From NCBI GenBank assembly GCA_024405215.1, contig JAKSPB010000017.1, forward strand, positions 15-64,014: a DNA stretch of 64,000 nucleotides, read 5' to 3'. A program made the translations under genes and the position numbers. Positions 56,212 through 63,948 of this stretch are shown one piece after another. The notes under the pieces are model-generated. The model searched no databases and was not told the origin of the DNA. It saw only the letters and a program-made list of their open reading frames with translations. This DNA is from Lentisphaeria bacterium (GTDB taxonomy: Bacteria > Verrucomicrobiota > Lentisphaeria > Oligosphaerales > Oligosphaeraceae). Positions within the stretch are counted from its first letter, which is position 1; each line of letters begins with the position of its first letter.

Positions 56212-57720
56212 ATGTTTACTGATGCAGAGCGAAGCCAAATCAGGCTTATTGGTGATCTGATATACACCAATCCGTTTGGTGAACGTCGGCAGGAGATAGA
56301 GCATCGGCTTCTCGGCAGGAAGCATATCCAGCGGTTCCGTGTCTGGCATAGTTTGGACGGTGATTTCTCCACCAACCTCAACCTGCCGGAATTGGAAAAA
56401 CTTTGCGGAAGGCTGGTGGAGCGCGGTCTGTCTTTTCTAAAGGGAGAGGGGTTGCCTGTCCAGGATGATGTCCTCACGGAGTGGGATCTGCTGGTCATCT
56501 ACTGGCTGTTTTCCCGCTACAGCGCCAGCATGAGCGGAAATATCTATCTTCCAAGCGGCAGCGAGGAGGCCAGCGCGAAACTCTATGGGAATTTCCTGGA
56601 TGACTACAATAATCTGGTTCAGAACATACGGCGCGGGCGTCCTTCCGCCTATCAGCCGGAAAAGATCTTCGCCATGTTCCACCAGGTTCACCGGGCGTTC
56701 AACTATATCTTCGACTATATTGGCGGCGGAACCGAAGCTGCGGCGCGTCTTAGGTGCGCCATCTGGGAATCCATATTCTCCCACGATATGAACCGCTATT
56801 ACCGCCAGCTTCATTCGAAGATGAACGGCATCACGACGCTGATTACCGGCGAATCTGGAACCGGAAAGGAACTTGCCGCACAGGCAATTGCCTATTCGCA
56901 ATACATTCCGTTCGACGGGGGAAAACAACGTTTCGCGCGGTCTTACAGAGATTGTTTTCGCGCTGTCCAGCTCTCCGCGCTGCCGCCGACCCTGATAGAA
57001 TCAGAGCTGTTCGGCCATGTCCGCGGCGCTTTCACGAACGCCATTCACGACAGGAAGGGATGCTTTGAAAACTGTCTGGAGGGTATGGCCGTTTTTTTGG
57101 ATGAAATCGGCGATATTTCTCTCGAAGTGCAAGTCAAACTTCTAAGGCTGCTACAGACCAGGCAGTTCTGCCGCATAGGTGATTCCGAACCACGTGAATT
57201 CAGTGGCAAGGTGATTGCCGCCACCAATGCCGATCTCTCTGAAAAATGCGCGGATGGGCAGTTCCGTCAGGATTTTCTCTTCCGTATCTGTTCGGATGTC
57301 ATACGGACATCTCCCCTCAGAACGCTTCTGGACGGACGCGAAGAGGAACTGCGACAGATGGTTCTGATTCTCTCCAGGCGTCTCCTTGACGCACAGGAAG
57401 CCGTTTCCTTCGCACAGGAAAGTTCCGACTGGATCATAGCTCATCTGGGCGTGGACTACACTTGGCCTGGCAACGTTCGCGAACTGGAACAGTGCCTGCG
57501 GAATCTTCTTTTGCGCGGCAGCTATTCGCCGCTGGTCAAAGAGGAGGCTGATAACGACGATATCGGCACGAGGATGATGAAAAGCGGCTGTACCTTGGAT
57601 GAGTTGACGCACCGCTACGTTAATGCGCTCTATCAAAGGGAGGGTTCCGTCGCCGGAGTGGCGCGCCAATCCGGCATGGACCGCCGCACCATCAGAAAAC
57701 TCCTTGACAGAGAAAAGTAA
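56212..57720 (+). CDS. Sigma-54-dependent transcriptional activator (enhancer-binding protein, EBP) with uncharacterised N-terminal domain and no receiver domain
   Basis: Walker A GESGTGKELAAQAIA, ESELFGHVRGAFTNA (a GAFTGA-loop variant), Walker B VFLDEIGD, RQDFLFRI, and a C-terminal Fis-type HTH VAGVARQSGMDRRTIRKLL. Confidence 0.85.
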   Translation: MFTDAERSQIRLIGDLIYTNPFGERRQEIEHRLLGRKHIQRFRVWHSLDGDFSTNLNLPELEKLCGRLVERGLSFLKGEGLPVQDDVLTEWDLLVIYWLFSRYSASMSGNIYLPSGSEEASAKLYGNFLDDYNNLVQNIRRGRPSAYQPEKIFAMFHQVHRAFNYIFDYIGGGTEAAARLRCAIWESIFSHDMNRYYRQLHSKMNGITTLITGESGTGKELAAQAIAYSQYIPFDGGKQRFARSYRDCFRAVQLSALPPTLIESELFGHVRGAFTNAIHDRKGCFENCLEGMAVFLDEIGDISLEVQVKLLRLLQTRQFCRIGDSEPREFSGKVIAATNADLSEKCADGQFRQDFLFRICSDVIRTSPLRTLLDGREEELRQMVLILSRRLLDAQEAVSFAQESSDWIIAHLGVDYTWPGNVRELEQCLRNLLLRGSYSPLVKEEADNDDIGTRMMKSGCTLDELTHRYVNALYQREGSVAGVARQSGMDRRTIRKLLDREK

Positions 57721-57881
57721 AGGCACGGGAACACCAGGAGATTCCTGGAACGTTTTCAGAGATTTCCAACGGGTATCTCTTGATGGCTTTTGTGCTCAAA
57801 GCCTACTTTGTAATCTGCCGTCTTGCTCCCCTATGTTGGTGTGTCACCGCCAGATTACAAAAAGTCGGCAAAAATGGGGCT

Positions 57882-57895
57882 GTGTCACGTGACAC
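57882..57895. promoter_or_regulatory. Perfect 14-bp palindrome GTGTCACGTGACAC, with an extra GTGTCAC half-site at 57841-57847
   Basis: Read directly. It lies in the 508-bp non-coding gap downstream of both convergent genes. The extra half-site sits in the loop of an 11-bp inverted repeat tttgtaatctg/cagattacaaa (57807-57861). Confidence 0.4.
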
Positions 57896-58228
57896 CACAG
57901 ACTTTTGGTGTTTTTTCATCCTCTGTCGTCCGGATTTAAGGCATTTTACTCACAAACGAATATTTGGACCAGACGGGGGGGGCGCAGCGCGGAGCGTCTG
58001 CAAGGGCAAAGTGCTTTTTGTGGCAGGCGTGACGCTGAAATCCCCGGTTTTCGTTTAATGACGAAATGGCTGAACGGCCTGGTAGCCTATAACATCTAAG
58101 TCTTTATCATCCTTCGCTCTTTTCGTGCCTTTGCCCCGGTCTGCTCCTTGCATAGCGACTATGCGCGGTCGCTGGCCGAAAAAGGCTCGAGAATACCTGT
58201 CGTCTGGATGACTTTCAGGCGTTGCAGA

Positions 58229-58729
58229 CTACGTGTCTTCCGTTTCCGCGCCGTCTGACGGCTTCAGGCCAAAGCCGGACGCCAGCCACTTCCCGGCGGT
58301 GACCCGTGACACTTTCACGCCGAACTTCGCCTTCACCAGTTCGGCCACGGCCGCGAAGGTCCATCGCCGGAAAGGGAGTTGATAGTCGACAGGGTGGGCG
58401 GCCGCGACGGCGTCCCGCAGTTCGGCCATCTGGCGCTCGTCCAGAAGCCTTCCGCTACCCACGCCGCCCCCGCGCACTTTTTCGCCGTGGAAGATGCGCA
58501 GGTCTCCGGACCGGAACGCCTTGAGCCAGCGTTTGACCGTCACGACGTTCACGCCGAGCATCCGCGCAACAGTCCCTGTCTTATGCCCGCAGCGGAAAAG
58601 GCTGTACGCACTGGCGCGGACGGCCATGCGCGTCTCCAGGCTGCTGGACTTCAGGTCGAGCATGGTCTTCGTGACACGGACAACGCCGTTTTCCGGAAGA
58701 ATGATCATCTTCGCATCCGTATTCATCAT
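58229..58729 (-). CDS. IS630-type transposase N-terminal DNA-binding module only (HTH + winged HTH), no DDE domain
   Basis: Start MMNTDAKM at 58729/58726. GHKTGTVARMLGVNVVTVKRWLKAF (HTH) and RWTFAAVAELVKAKFGVKVSRVTAGKWLASGFGLKP (the pattern of the IS630 wHTH). The protein ends 13 aa later. The start lies 8 nt after the upstream stop. Confidence 0.65.
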   Translation of the reverse strand: MMNTDAKMIILPENGVVRVTKTMLDLKSSSLETRMAVRASAYSLFRCGHKTGTVARMLGVNVVTVKRWLKAFRSGDLRIFHGEKVRGGGVGSGRLLDERQMAELRDAVAAAHPVDYQLPFRRWTFAAVAELVKAKFGVKVSRVTAGKWLASGFGLKPSDGAETEDT

Positions 58730-58737
58730 CGTGTTAG

Positions 58738-60531
58738 TTATACTGGGCGCGCTTCCAGTCCAAGGGACCGGGCGTATTGTCCGACATCGCCTCCGAATTT
58801 CAGCGTCACGTCGCAAGCGGCGACTTCTCCTTGCAGTCTGACGAAATTTCCATCTGCCGAGTAGCACAGTTTTTCCGCATCCCAGAAACGGGCATCCCCC
58901 TCCGCGAACCAGAGAGTGACCCTGCAGCCTTCGCCGACTTCCACCGTGTCGTTCCCCCATTTGCCGTCAAAGACGAAGACGGCGTCGTCCCGCCGGGACA
59001 CGAGGACGTCGTCGCCGTCGCCTCCGACGAAGACCGCTGCCGCGCTCCCGCCCCAGAGGACGTCGTCGCCGTCGCCTCCGTGCAGCAGGCACGGAACGCC
59101 ATCCTCATTGAAGTCCCGGCAGGTCAGATCCACGATGTCGTCGCCGCCGCCGGCATAGATTGCGGTGACATTCTGGATCCTGCTTTCGGCCAGGCGTTCC
59201 CAGCCGCTGTACACGTCCTCCGCGAAAACGGCATCATCACCGTCCGTGAGGACAAGAACGGCATCTGCGGATGGCTGCCCAGCGAACACATCCGAGAAAC
59301 GGTTCTTCCCCTGGATGGAGATGCTTTCGCCAGTATGCGTGTTGAAGGCCAGAAAGTCGGCGTCCCATTTTCCCGAAGGCTCCGCGAGGAAGACCGCCGG
59401 GAGTCCATCCCCGGCGGCGGCGATCCTGGCCGGCCCGTCATGAACCGTCTCGTGCGCAATCTGCGCCGGCGCGTAGTCTTCCGCGAAGAAATCCCTGGTC
59501 GTGACGGAGGCTTCGTCCGTACGTGAATAGACATGGACTGCCGGTCCGGCGGTCCACAGGCCCGAACAGGCCGCCACGACTCCGTCCCTGAGGATTCTCA
59601 TGTCCTGCCGGTTGGCCACGGTGAGGACAAGCCCGCCGTCGGCAAGGGCGAAGTCATATCTGGCGTCCGTCGTCGCGGAAACGCCGTCGCCGTCCGTCGC
59701 GCCGCCGCCGTCCGCGCATATTGAAATCGCCAATTCGGAATCGAAACCGTCCGCGCGCTCCGCGAGGCGGTAGTTTCCGGACGCCTGATGCTCTTGGACG
59801 AGGATCCTGACTTTTCCAGGCGCGCAATCCGCCTTCCATTCGTCGAGCAGGGCCGGTTCCTGCGGCATTCGCCCCGCAAGAAGAAAATCCAGGGACGCGT
59901 CGGACAGGTCTGCGCCGAACAGTCCCGCGCACCTTCCTTCGACGGAAACCGTTCCGGACAGTTTCGTCCCGTTCCCGAAACGGCAGACCGCGTCTTCCGT
60001 CAGACGGCAGTTCGCGATTTCTCCCGGCGTCCTTGAAACCATGGTTCCGCCCGCGACGGCGACGTCCCTGGCGGTTCCTCCGGAGAGCTCCATTCTTCCG
60101 CCTGGCAAGATCTCGACGCCTTCGAGGAGGCAGCCGTTCGCGTAGACGTACCCTCCGGCAACCGTCAGCCCGTACGCCGAACTCCCGGCGTACATGTACA
60201 GCGCTCCGTCCACGGTGACGGCGGCGCCGTCCAGGACGGTGGCGTTGTACAACCTGACGGTTCCGTCAATTTCCGCATTTGAGAGAAATCCGTCATACGC
60301 GGAGACGCTTCCATGGCCGGAATCTCCCGAGCAAACGGTGAAATTCCCGACATGGCCGCCGTCCTGCACAGTAAGGGCGCAGCCGCCTCCGACGACGACG
60401 TTCCATGCGGCCCCGCCGCCCAGGACGAACATGTCATACCCGCCGCCGTCGGCAAGCACGACGCCGTCCAGGCTTTCGCCGCTTTCCGTCAGTCTGCCGT
60501 TTTTGTAGATCTGCACGCTTAATTCCGACAT
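58738..60531 (-). CDS. Leaderless beta-helix repeat protein (AIDA-like GG-x-A-x-x-T-V repeats) with RTX-type calcium-binding nonapeptides
   Basis: The preferred start MSELSVQIYKNG (60531) has no signal peptide. Repeats include VVVGGGCALTVQDGGHV and ELSGGTARDVAVAGGTMV. The C-terminal third has GGDGDDVLW and GGDGDDVLV (GGxGxDxUx) plus GGGDDIVDL. In-frame upstream ATGs exist at 60729 and 60630. Confidence 0.65.
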   Translation of the reverse strand: MSELSVQIYKNGRLTESGESLDGVVLADGGGYDMFVLGGGAAWNVVVGGGCALTVQDGGHVGNFTVCSGDSGHGSVSAYDGFLSNAEIDGTVRLYNATVLDGAAVTVDGALYMYAGSSAYGLTVAGGYVYANGCLLEGVEILPGGRMELSGGTARDVAVAGGTMVSRTPGEIANCRLTEDAVCRFGNGTKLSGTVSVEGRCAGLFGADLSDASLDFLLAGRMPQEPALLDEWKADCAPGKVRILVQEHQASGNYRLAERADGFDSELAISICADGGGATDGDGVSATTDARYDFALADGGLVLTVANRQDMRILRDGVVAACSGLWTAGPAVHVYSRTDEASVTTRDFFAEDYAPAQIAHETVHDGPARIAAAGDGLPAVFLAEPSGKWDADFLAFNTHTGESISIQGKNRFSDVFAGQPSADAVLVLTDGDDAVFAEDVYSGWERLAESRIQNVTAIYAGGGDDIVDLTCRDFNEDGVPCLLHGGDGDDVLWGGSAAAVFVGGDGDDVLVSRRDDAVFVFDGKWGNDTVEVGEGCRVTLWFAEGDARFWDAEKLCYSADGNFVRLQGEVAACDVTLKFGGDVGQYARSLGLEARPV

Positions 60532-60740
60532 ACGGAGCCCTTGTGTTTTCGATAGCCTTTCCCGCGGTCCGCGCATGCCATTCCGGACGGACGACGCATC
60601 GCATTTCCGCAGGCGGGAATCAAGATTCATTCCTGTAATTGCAGACGCGGACCCCAGGGCCGCGCGCCTGCGCCGGCGAAGCGGATGGTCGCCTCCCCCC
60701 CGGGGAATCAGGAAGGGGAGACGGCGCATTCCCGGACTTG

Positions 60741-60914
60741 TCAGTCCTCGTATTCCTCTTCGCCCGTCCCGCCGTCGTCGTAGCCGCTTTCTCCGCGGAC
60801 CGCGCCGCCCGCCATGGACATCTCGACGAGAACCGGCGAATCGTACGGCAGTTTCCCGGGATTCCGTTTTTTTTCCTCCTGGGCGGTTGTCGGTTCAACT
60901 GTTTTTTCTGTCAT
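60741..60914 (-). CDS. 57-aa highly acidic small protein (P1), paralogous to 63880..63948
   Basis: MTEKTVEPTTAQEEKKRNPGKLPYDSPVLVEMSMAGGAVRGESGYDDGGTGEEEYED. The ATG is preceded by gggagacaggaaa. It starts 17 nt after the upstream stop. A conserved paralogue lies upstream of the neighbouring beta-helix gene. Confidence 0.5.
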   Translation of the reverse strand: MTEKTVEPTTAQEEKKRNPGKLPYDSPVLVEMSMAGGAVRGESGYDDGGTGEEEYED

Positions 60915-60931
60915 TTTCCTGTCTCCCTGGG

Positions 60932-63820
60932 TTATGCAATTGCAAGCAAAAGTCTGTGTTCTGCATCTTCGTACAGCCTGTAGTCGACTCCGGCACAGCT
61001 TCCGGTGAAGATCCCGTCGCCGTCGTCGTCGGTCATGGCGCTGCCTCCAAGCGTGATTTCCGCCTTCTTCCAGCCGTTGAGCGTCCCCGCGTCGCCGGCC
61101 AGCAGCACGGCGGGCGTCGAATCCTGCACGTAGCCGTCCGCGAACGAGAGGCTGATCGAGTCGCCCGCGAAGTCGTTCATGCCGCCCTGCCACGAGAGGA
61201 TCGTCCCGTCTCCGCCGATTTCGAAGTCCCACGCCTTCGTGTAGCGCAGGTCCACGTTGCCGGCCGTGAAGCCGATGCCGGACGAGCCGTTCACGAAGGA
61301 CACGTTGGAGAATCCGTTGTTCATGTTGGCGCCGAAGTCTCCGGAGAAGCCGTCGAAGACAAGGAAGCGCGCGTCGCGGTCGGCGTTGCCCTTGACGAAC
61401 GTCTTCTGGGCGTATGCATAGTGGTACGCGAGCTTGCTTCCGCCGCTGACGTAGGAACTTTCGGAGAACGAGAGGTTCTCCCCGTTCCCTTTGAAGGTCA
61501 TCGTCGTGGTCCCGAGAATCGCGCCTTCGCCCATGCTTCCCGCGTAGAGGTTGCCTCCGAAGGAGACGCGGTCGCCGGCCGACGCGTCGACGGTGACCGT
61601 CACGCTGCCGGTGACGATAGTCTTCGTGCCGTTTTCGTTGCTGTTCGCCCCGTTGCCGCCGAAGACGCTTTTGGCGAACGTCCCGCCGCTGATTTCAAGC
61701 GTCGAGCTGCCGACGGTCACGCCGTTGCCGTTGGAATATCCGCCGGCGTAGACCAGGTTGGTGAAGGAGCCGCCCGTGATGGACAGGCTCGTCTTCGTGA
61801 TCTGCGTGTTCACGGTGCCGTCCGCGCCGCCGCCGACAGTCTTGCAGCCGTTGCCGACGTAGCTGAGGAACCTCCCGCCGCCGATCTCCGTGCTCACCGT
61901 GCCGGCGGCGAAACTGCCGCCGTTCTCCAGCAGCGCGCCGCCCCAGAGTGCGCCCATGTCGCCGGTGACGTCGCAGTTGATGTTGACGTCGCCTACGGAC
62001 ATCTGATTCCCCGACGCGTGCCCGCCGGCGTAGATGTACGCCTTCTCCCGCGTCCCTGTGCCGGTGAAGCTCAGGTTCACCGTCTTGGAGCCCATGCCAA
62101 TGTCGGCGGATACGCATTCCCCCGCGCCGAACACCAGGGAGCCGGCCGACATGGCCACGTCGTGGAAGTTCAGATTCACCTCTTCGACCGCCTTGTCGAC
62201 CTTTCCGCCGATCATCGTCGCGTCCAGGGCCACGCCGTCCCACGATGTCGTGTATCCCTGCGCGATGTAGCGCTGCGCGACCGTGCCGCCGCCGTGCAGG
62301 ACGGTGTCCTCGCCGGAATAGCTGACGCCGGCTGTTCCGCCGCTCAGTTGCGCGTTCAGCGTATTGGTGCCGTAGAGCTCCACCGTGGCGTCGTTGTAGA
62401 TGCCGTCGGTTTCCGTCACAAAACTGCTGTCGGCAATTTCTGCATAACCGATATTGTATATTGCGCCGCCACACGTTCCGGCCGTGTTGCCGGAGAATGT
62501 GGAGGCGCTTATGGACGCAGTGCCCATATTGCACACTGCGCCGCCTTCGACTCCGGCCGTGTTGCCGGAGAATGTGGAGGCGCTTATGGACGCAGTGCCC
62601 ATATTGCACACTGCGCCGCCTTCGACTTCGGCCGTGTTGCCGATGAACTTCATGTTCGTCAGCGTGATGTCCGCATCCATGTAGGCTCCGCCACCTGCGT
62701 TTCCGGCCACGTTCCCTGAAACGACGGTATCTTCCACTCCACCCCAAGATGAAACGTGGAAGGCGCCTCCGTCGTGTGCTGCCGTGTTCTGGCAGAACTC
62801 CGATTTCGCAACGCTGAGTTTCCTGTTGCCTCTGCTGGAAACATATATCCCGCCGCCGTCGGACGCCCTGTTCCCGGTAACGCTGGAGGATTCCATCTCC
62901 ATCTCGAAATTCTGGTAAATCGCTCCGCCGTACCTCGTCGCTTCGTTGTCGGTGAATGTAGTGCCGGTGATTATGCCTGTTCCTGGCAAACTGGTCGAGG
63001 AACCGATTGCTCCGCCATCCGTGCCTGCCTTGTTGCCGTCAAAAAAGGAATCGCGAACTTCCAGCTGACAGCGTTCAGCGGTTACGTATGCGTAGAAATA
63101 CAAGGCTCCTCCAATCTTGCCTGATGTATTTGATGTAAATGTCACATTATCCAGCAAGGTAAATTGGGAACTTTGAAGATAAAGCCCCCCTCCCGACCCA
63201 GTAATGGCCTTATTGCCTGTAAAATTGACTCCAGTGCATGTGGTGGTGGCCCCGCCAAGCACGCATCCTCCTCCTTGTAGATACGCGACATTATTCTCGA
63301 AATCTGTTGCAGAAATACTATTGACAGGGTTATAGAGTACTCCGCTAGCATTTACCGATGCGCTATGAATCGCGCCGCCATTCGGGGTGGAATACTGACT
63401 GGCGCCTTCTCGCAGAATGCATTCGTTACCGATGAACTTGCAATCTTCAATCGTGATAGTTACACATGCATCCGTGTTGATCACGGAATTCTCTAGAGCC
63501 GTGTTGTCAGCGATTGTGCAGTTTCTAAAAGTCACGTTTGAGCCTTCTCGGCTAGACACTAGAGAGCCATTGCTGCCGGCGACATATTTTTCATCCCTGA
63601 TTTCCGAATTGGAGATTGTAAGGGTAGTCCCTACGCCTGCTTTAATCGCAGCACAGGAGACCAGGGGGCTGCCCTGGAAGACGACGCCGTCGCCTGAAAG
63701 CACACCATGGTCTCCGACAGCCACCGCATAGTCATTCTCGACCGTAAACACAGTATCGCCGGGAAGCGTATATGTACCGTATGAAGGTACAACGGTTTGT
63801 TGAGTTATCACGTTCTGCAT
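60932..63820 (-). CDS. Leaderless polymorphic-membrane-protein (Pmp)-type repeat beta-helix protein, 962 aa
   Basis: More than ten GGA[ILV]/FxxN-type repeats, e.g. FTSNTSGKIGGALYF, FFDGNKAGTDGGAIGS, FTDNEATRYGGAIYQ and FSGNTAGVEGGAVCN. The N-terminus MQNVITQQTVVPSYG has no signal peptide. No recognisable autotransporter barrel at the C-terminus (...YRLYEDAEHRLLLAIA). Confidence 0.75.
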   Translation of the reverse strand: MQNVITQQTVVPSYGTYTLPGDTVFTVENDYAVAVGDHGVLSGDGVVFQGSPLVSCAAIKAGVGTTLTISNSEIRDEKYVAGSNGSLVSSREGSNVTFRNCTIADNTALENSVINTDACVTITIEDCKFIGNECILREGASQYSTPNGGAIHSASVNASGVLYNPVNSISATDFENNVAYLQGGGCVLGGATTTCTGVNFTGNKAITGSGGGLYLQSSQFTLLDNVTFTSNTSGKIGGALYFYAYVTAERCQLEVRDSFFDGNKAGTDGGAIGSSTSLPGTGIITGTTFTDNEATRYGGAIYQNFEMEMESSSVTGNRASDGGGIYVSSRGNRKLSVAKSEFCQNTAAHDGGAFHVSSWGGVEDTVVSGNVAGNAGGGAYMDADITLTNMKFIGNTAEVEGGAVCNMGTASISASTFSGNTAGVEGGAVCNMGTASISASTFSGNTAGTCGGAIYNIGYAEIADSSFVTETDGIYNDATVELYGTNTLNAQLSGGTAGVSYSGEDTVLHGGGTVAQRYIAQGYTTSWDGVALDATMIGGKVDKAVEEVNLNFHDVAMSAGSLVFGAGECVSADIGMGSKTVNLSFTGTGTREKAYIYAGGHASGNQMSVGDVNINCDVTGDMGALWGGALLENGGSFAAGTVSTEIGGGRFLSYVGNGCKTVGGGADGTVNTQITKTSLSITGGSFTNLVYAGGYSNGNGVTVGSSTLEISGGTFAKSVFGGNGANSNENGTKTIVTGSVTVTVDASAGDRVSFGGNLYAGSMGEGAILGTTTMTFKGNGENLSFSESSYVSGGSKLAYHYAYAQKTFVKGNADRDARFLVFDGFSGDFGANMNNGFSNVSFVNGSSGIGFTAGNVDLRYTKAWDFEIGGDGTILSWQGGMNDFAGDSISLSFADGYVQDSTPAVLLAGDAGTLNGWKKAEITLGGSAMTDDDGDGIFTGSCAGVDYRLYEDAEHRLLLAIA
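62492..62641. repeat. Near-perfect 75-bp tandem duplication inside the Pmp-repeat gene
   Basis: ggagaatgtggaggcgcttatggacgcagtgcccatattgcacactgcgccgccttcgac[t/c]tc... occurs twice (62492-62566 and 62567-62641) with one c/t difference. It encodes FSGNTAGVEGGAVCNMGTASISAST twice. Confidence 0.9.
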
Positions 63821-63857
63821 GTTTTATTTATTCCTTCTTTTTGATGTATGATCCAAT

Positions 63858-63884
63858 GCATGGCGTCAGAAGCATGGCGTCAGA
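63858..63884. repeat. 13-bp direct repeat gcatggcgtcaga x2 immediately upstream of the Pmp-repeat gene
   Basis: Copies at 63858-63870 and 63872-63884, separated by 1 nt. The second copy overlaps the stop of the small ORF P2. Confidence 0.85.
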
Positions 63885-63948
63885 CCTTGTATTCCTCGTT
63901 GTCTGCCTGAAAATCAATTTCAGGCATCTCGACGCTGAAATCGCGCAT
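63880..63948 (-). CDS. 22-codon acidic small ORF (P2), truncated or frameshifted paralogue of P1
   Basis: MRDFSVEMPEIDFQADNEEYKV. It shares the 10-mer catctcgacg (encoding VEM) and the 3' end with P1. Similarity continues upstream of its ATG (…SNYE) with no start codon there. The window ends at 64000. Confidence 0.3.
   Translation of the reverse strand: MRDFSVEMPEIDFQADNEEYKV

Noticed and set aside
60532-60729. Possible longer start for the 597-aa protein (MRRLPFLIPRGGGDHPLRRRRRAALGSASA…), which superficially looks like a twin-arginine signal with an ASA cleavage site.
   Set aside because: There is no S/T-R-R-x-F-L-K-type motif. The hydrophobic region after the Arg run is only about 8 weakly hydrophobic residues. 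The segment is Arg/Gly/Pro-rich like spurious GC-rich frames. It is kept as an alternative start, not as a Tat signal.
60741-60914. P1 as a double-glycine (bacteriocin/RiPP-type) leader peptide because of …VEMSMAGG…; also the tubulin-like EEY tail.
   Set aside because: The hydrophobic and Glu positions are out of register with the LSxxELxxIxGG consensus. The paralogue P2 lacks the GG. No peptidase-domain ABC exporter or modification enzyme is adjacent. The EEY ending is too short to be more than coincidence.
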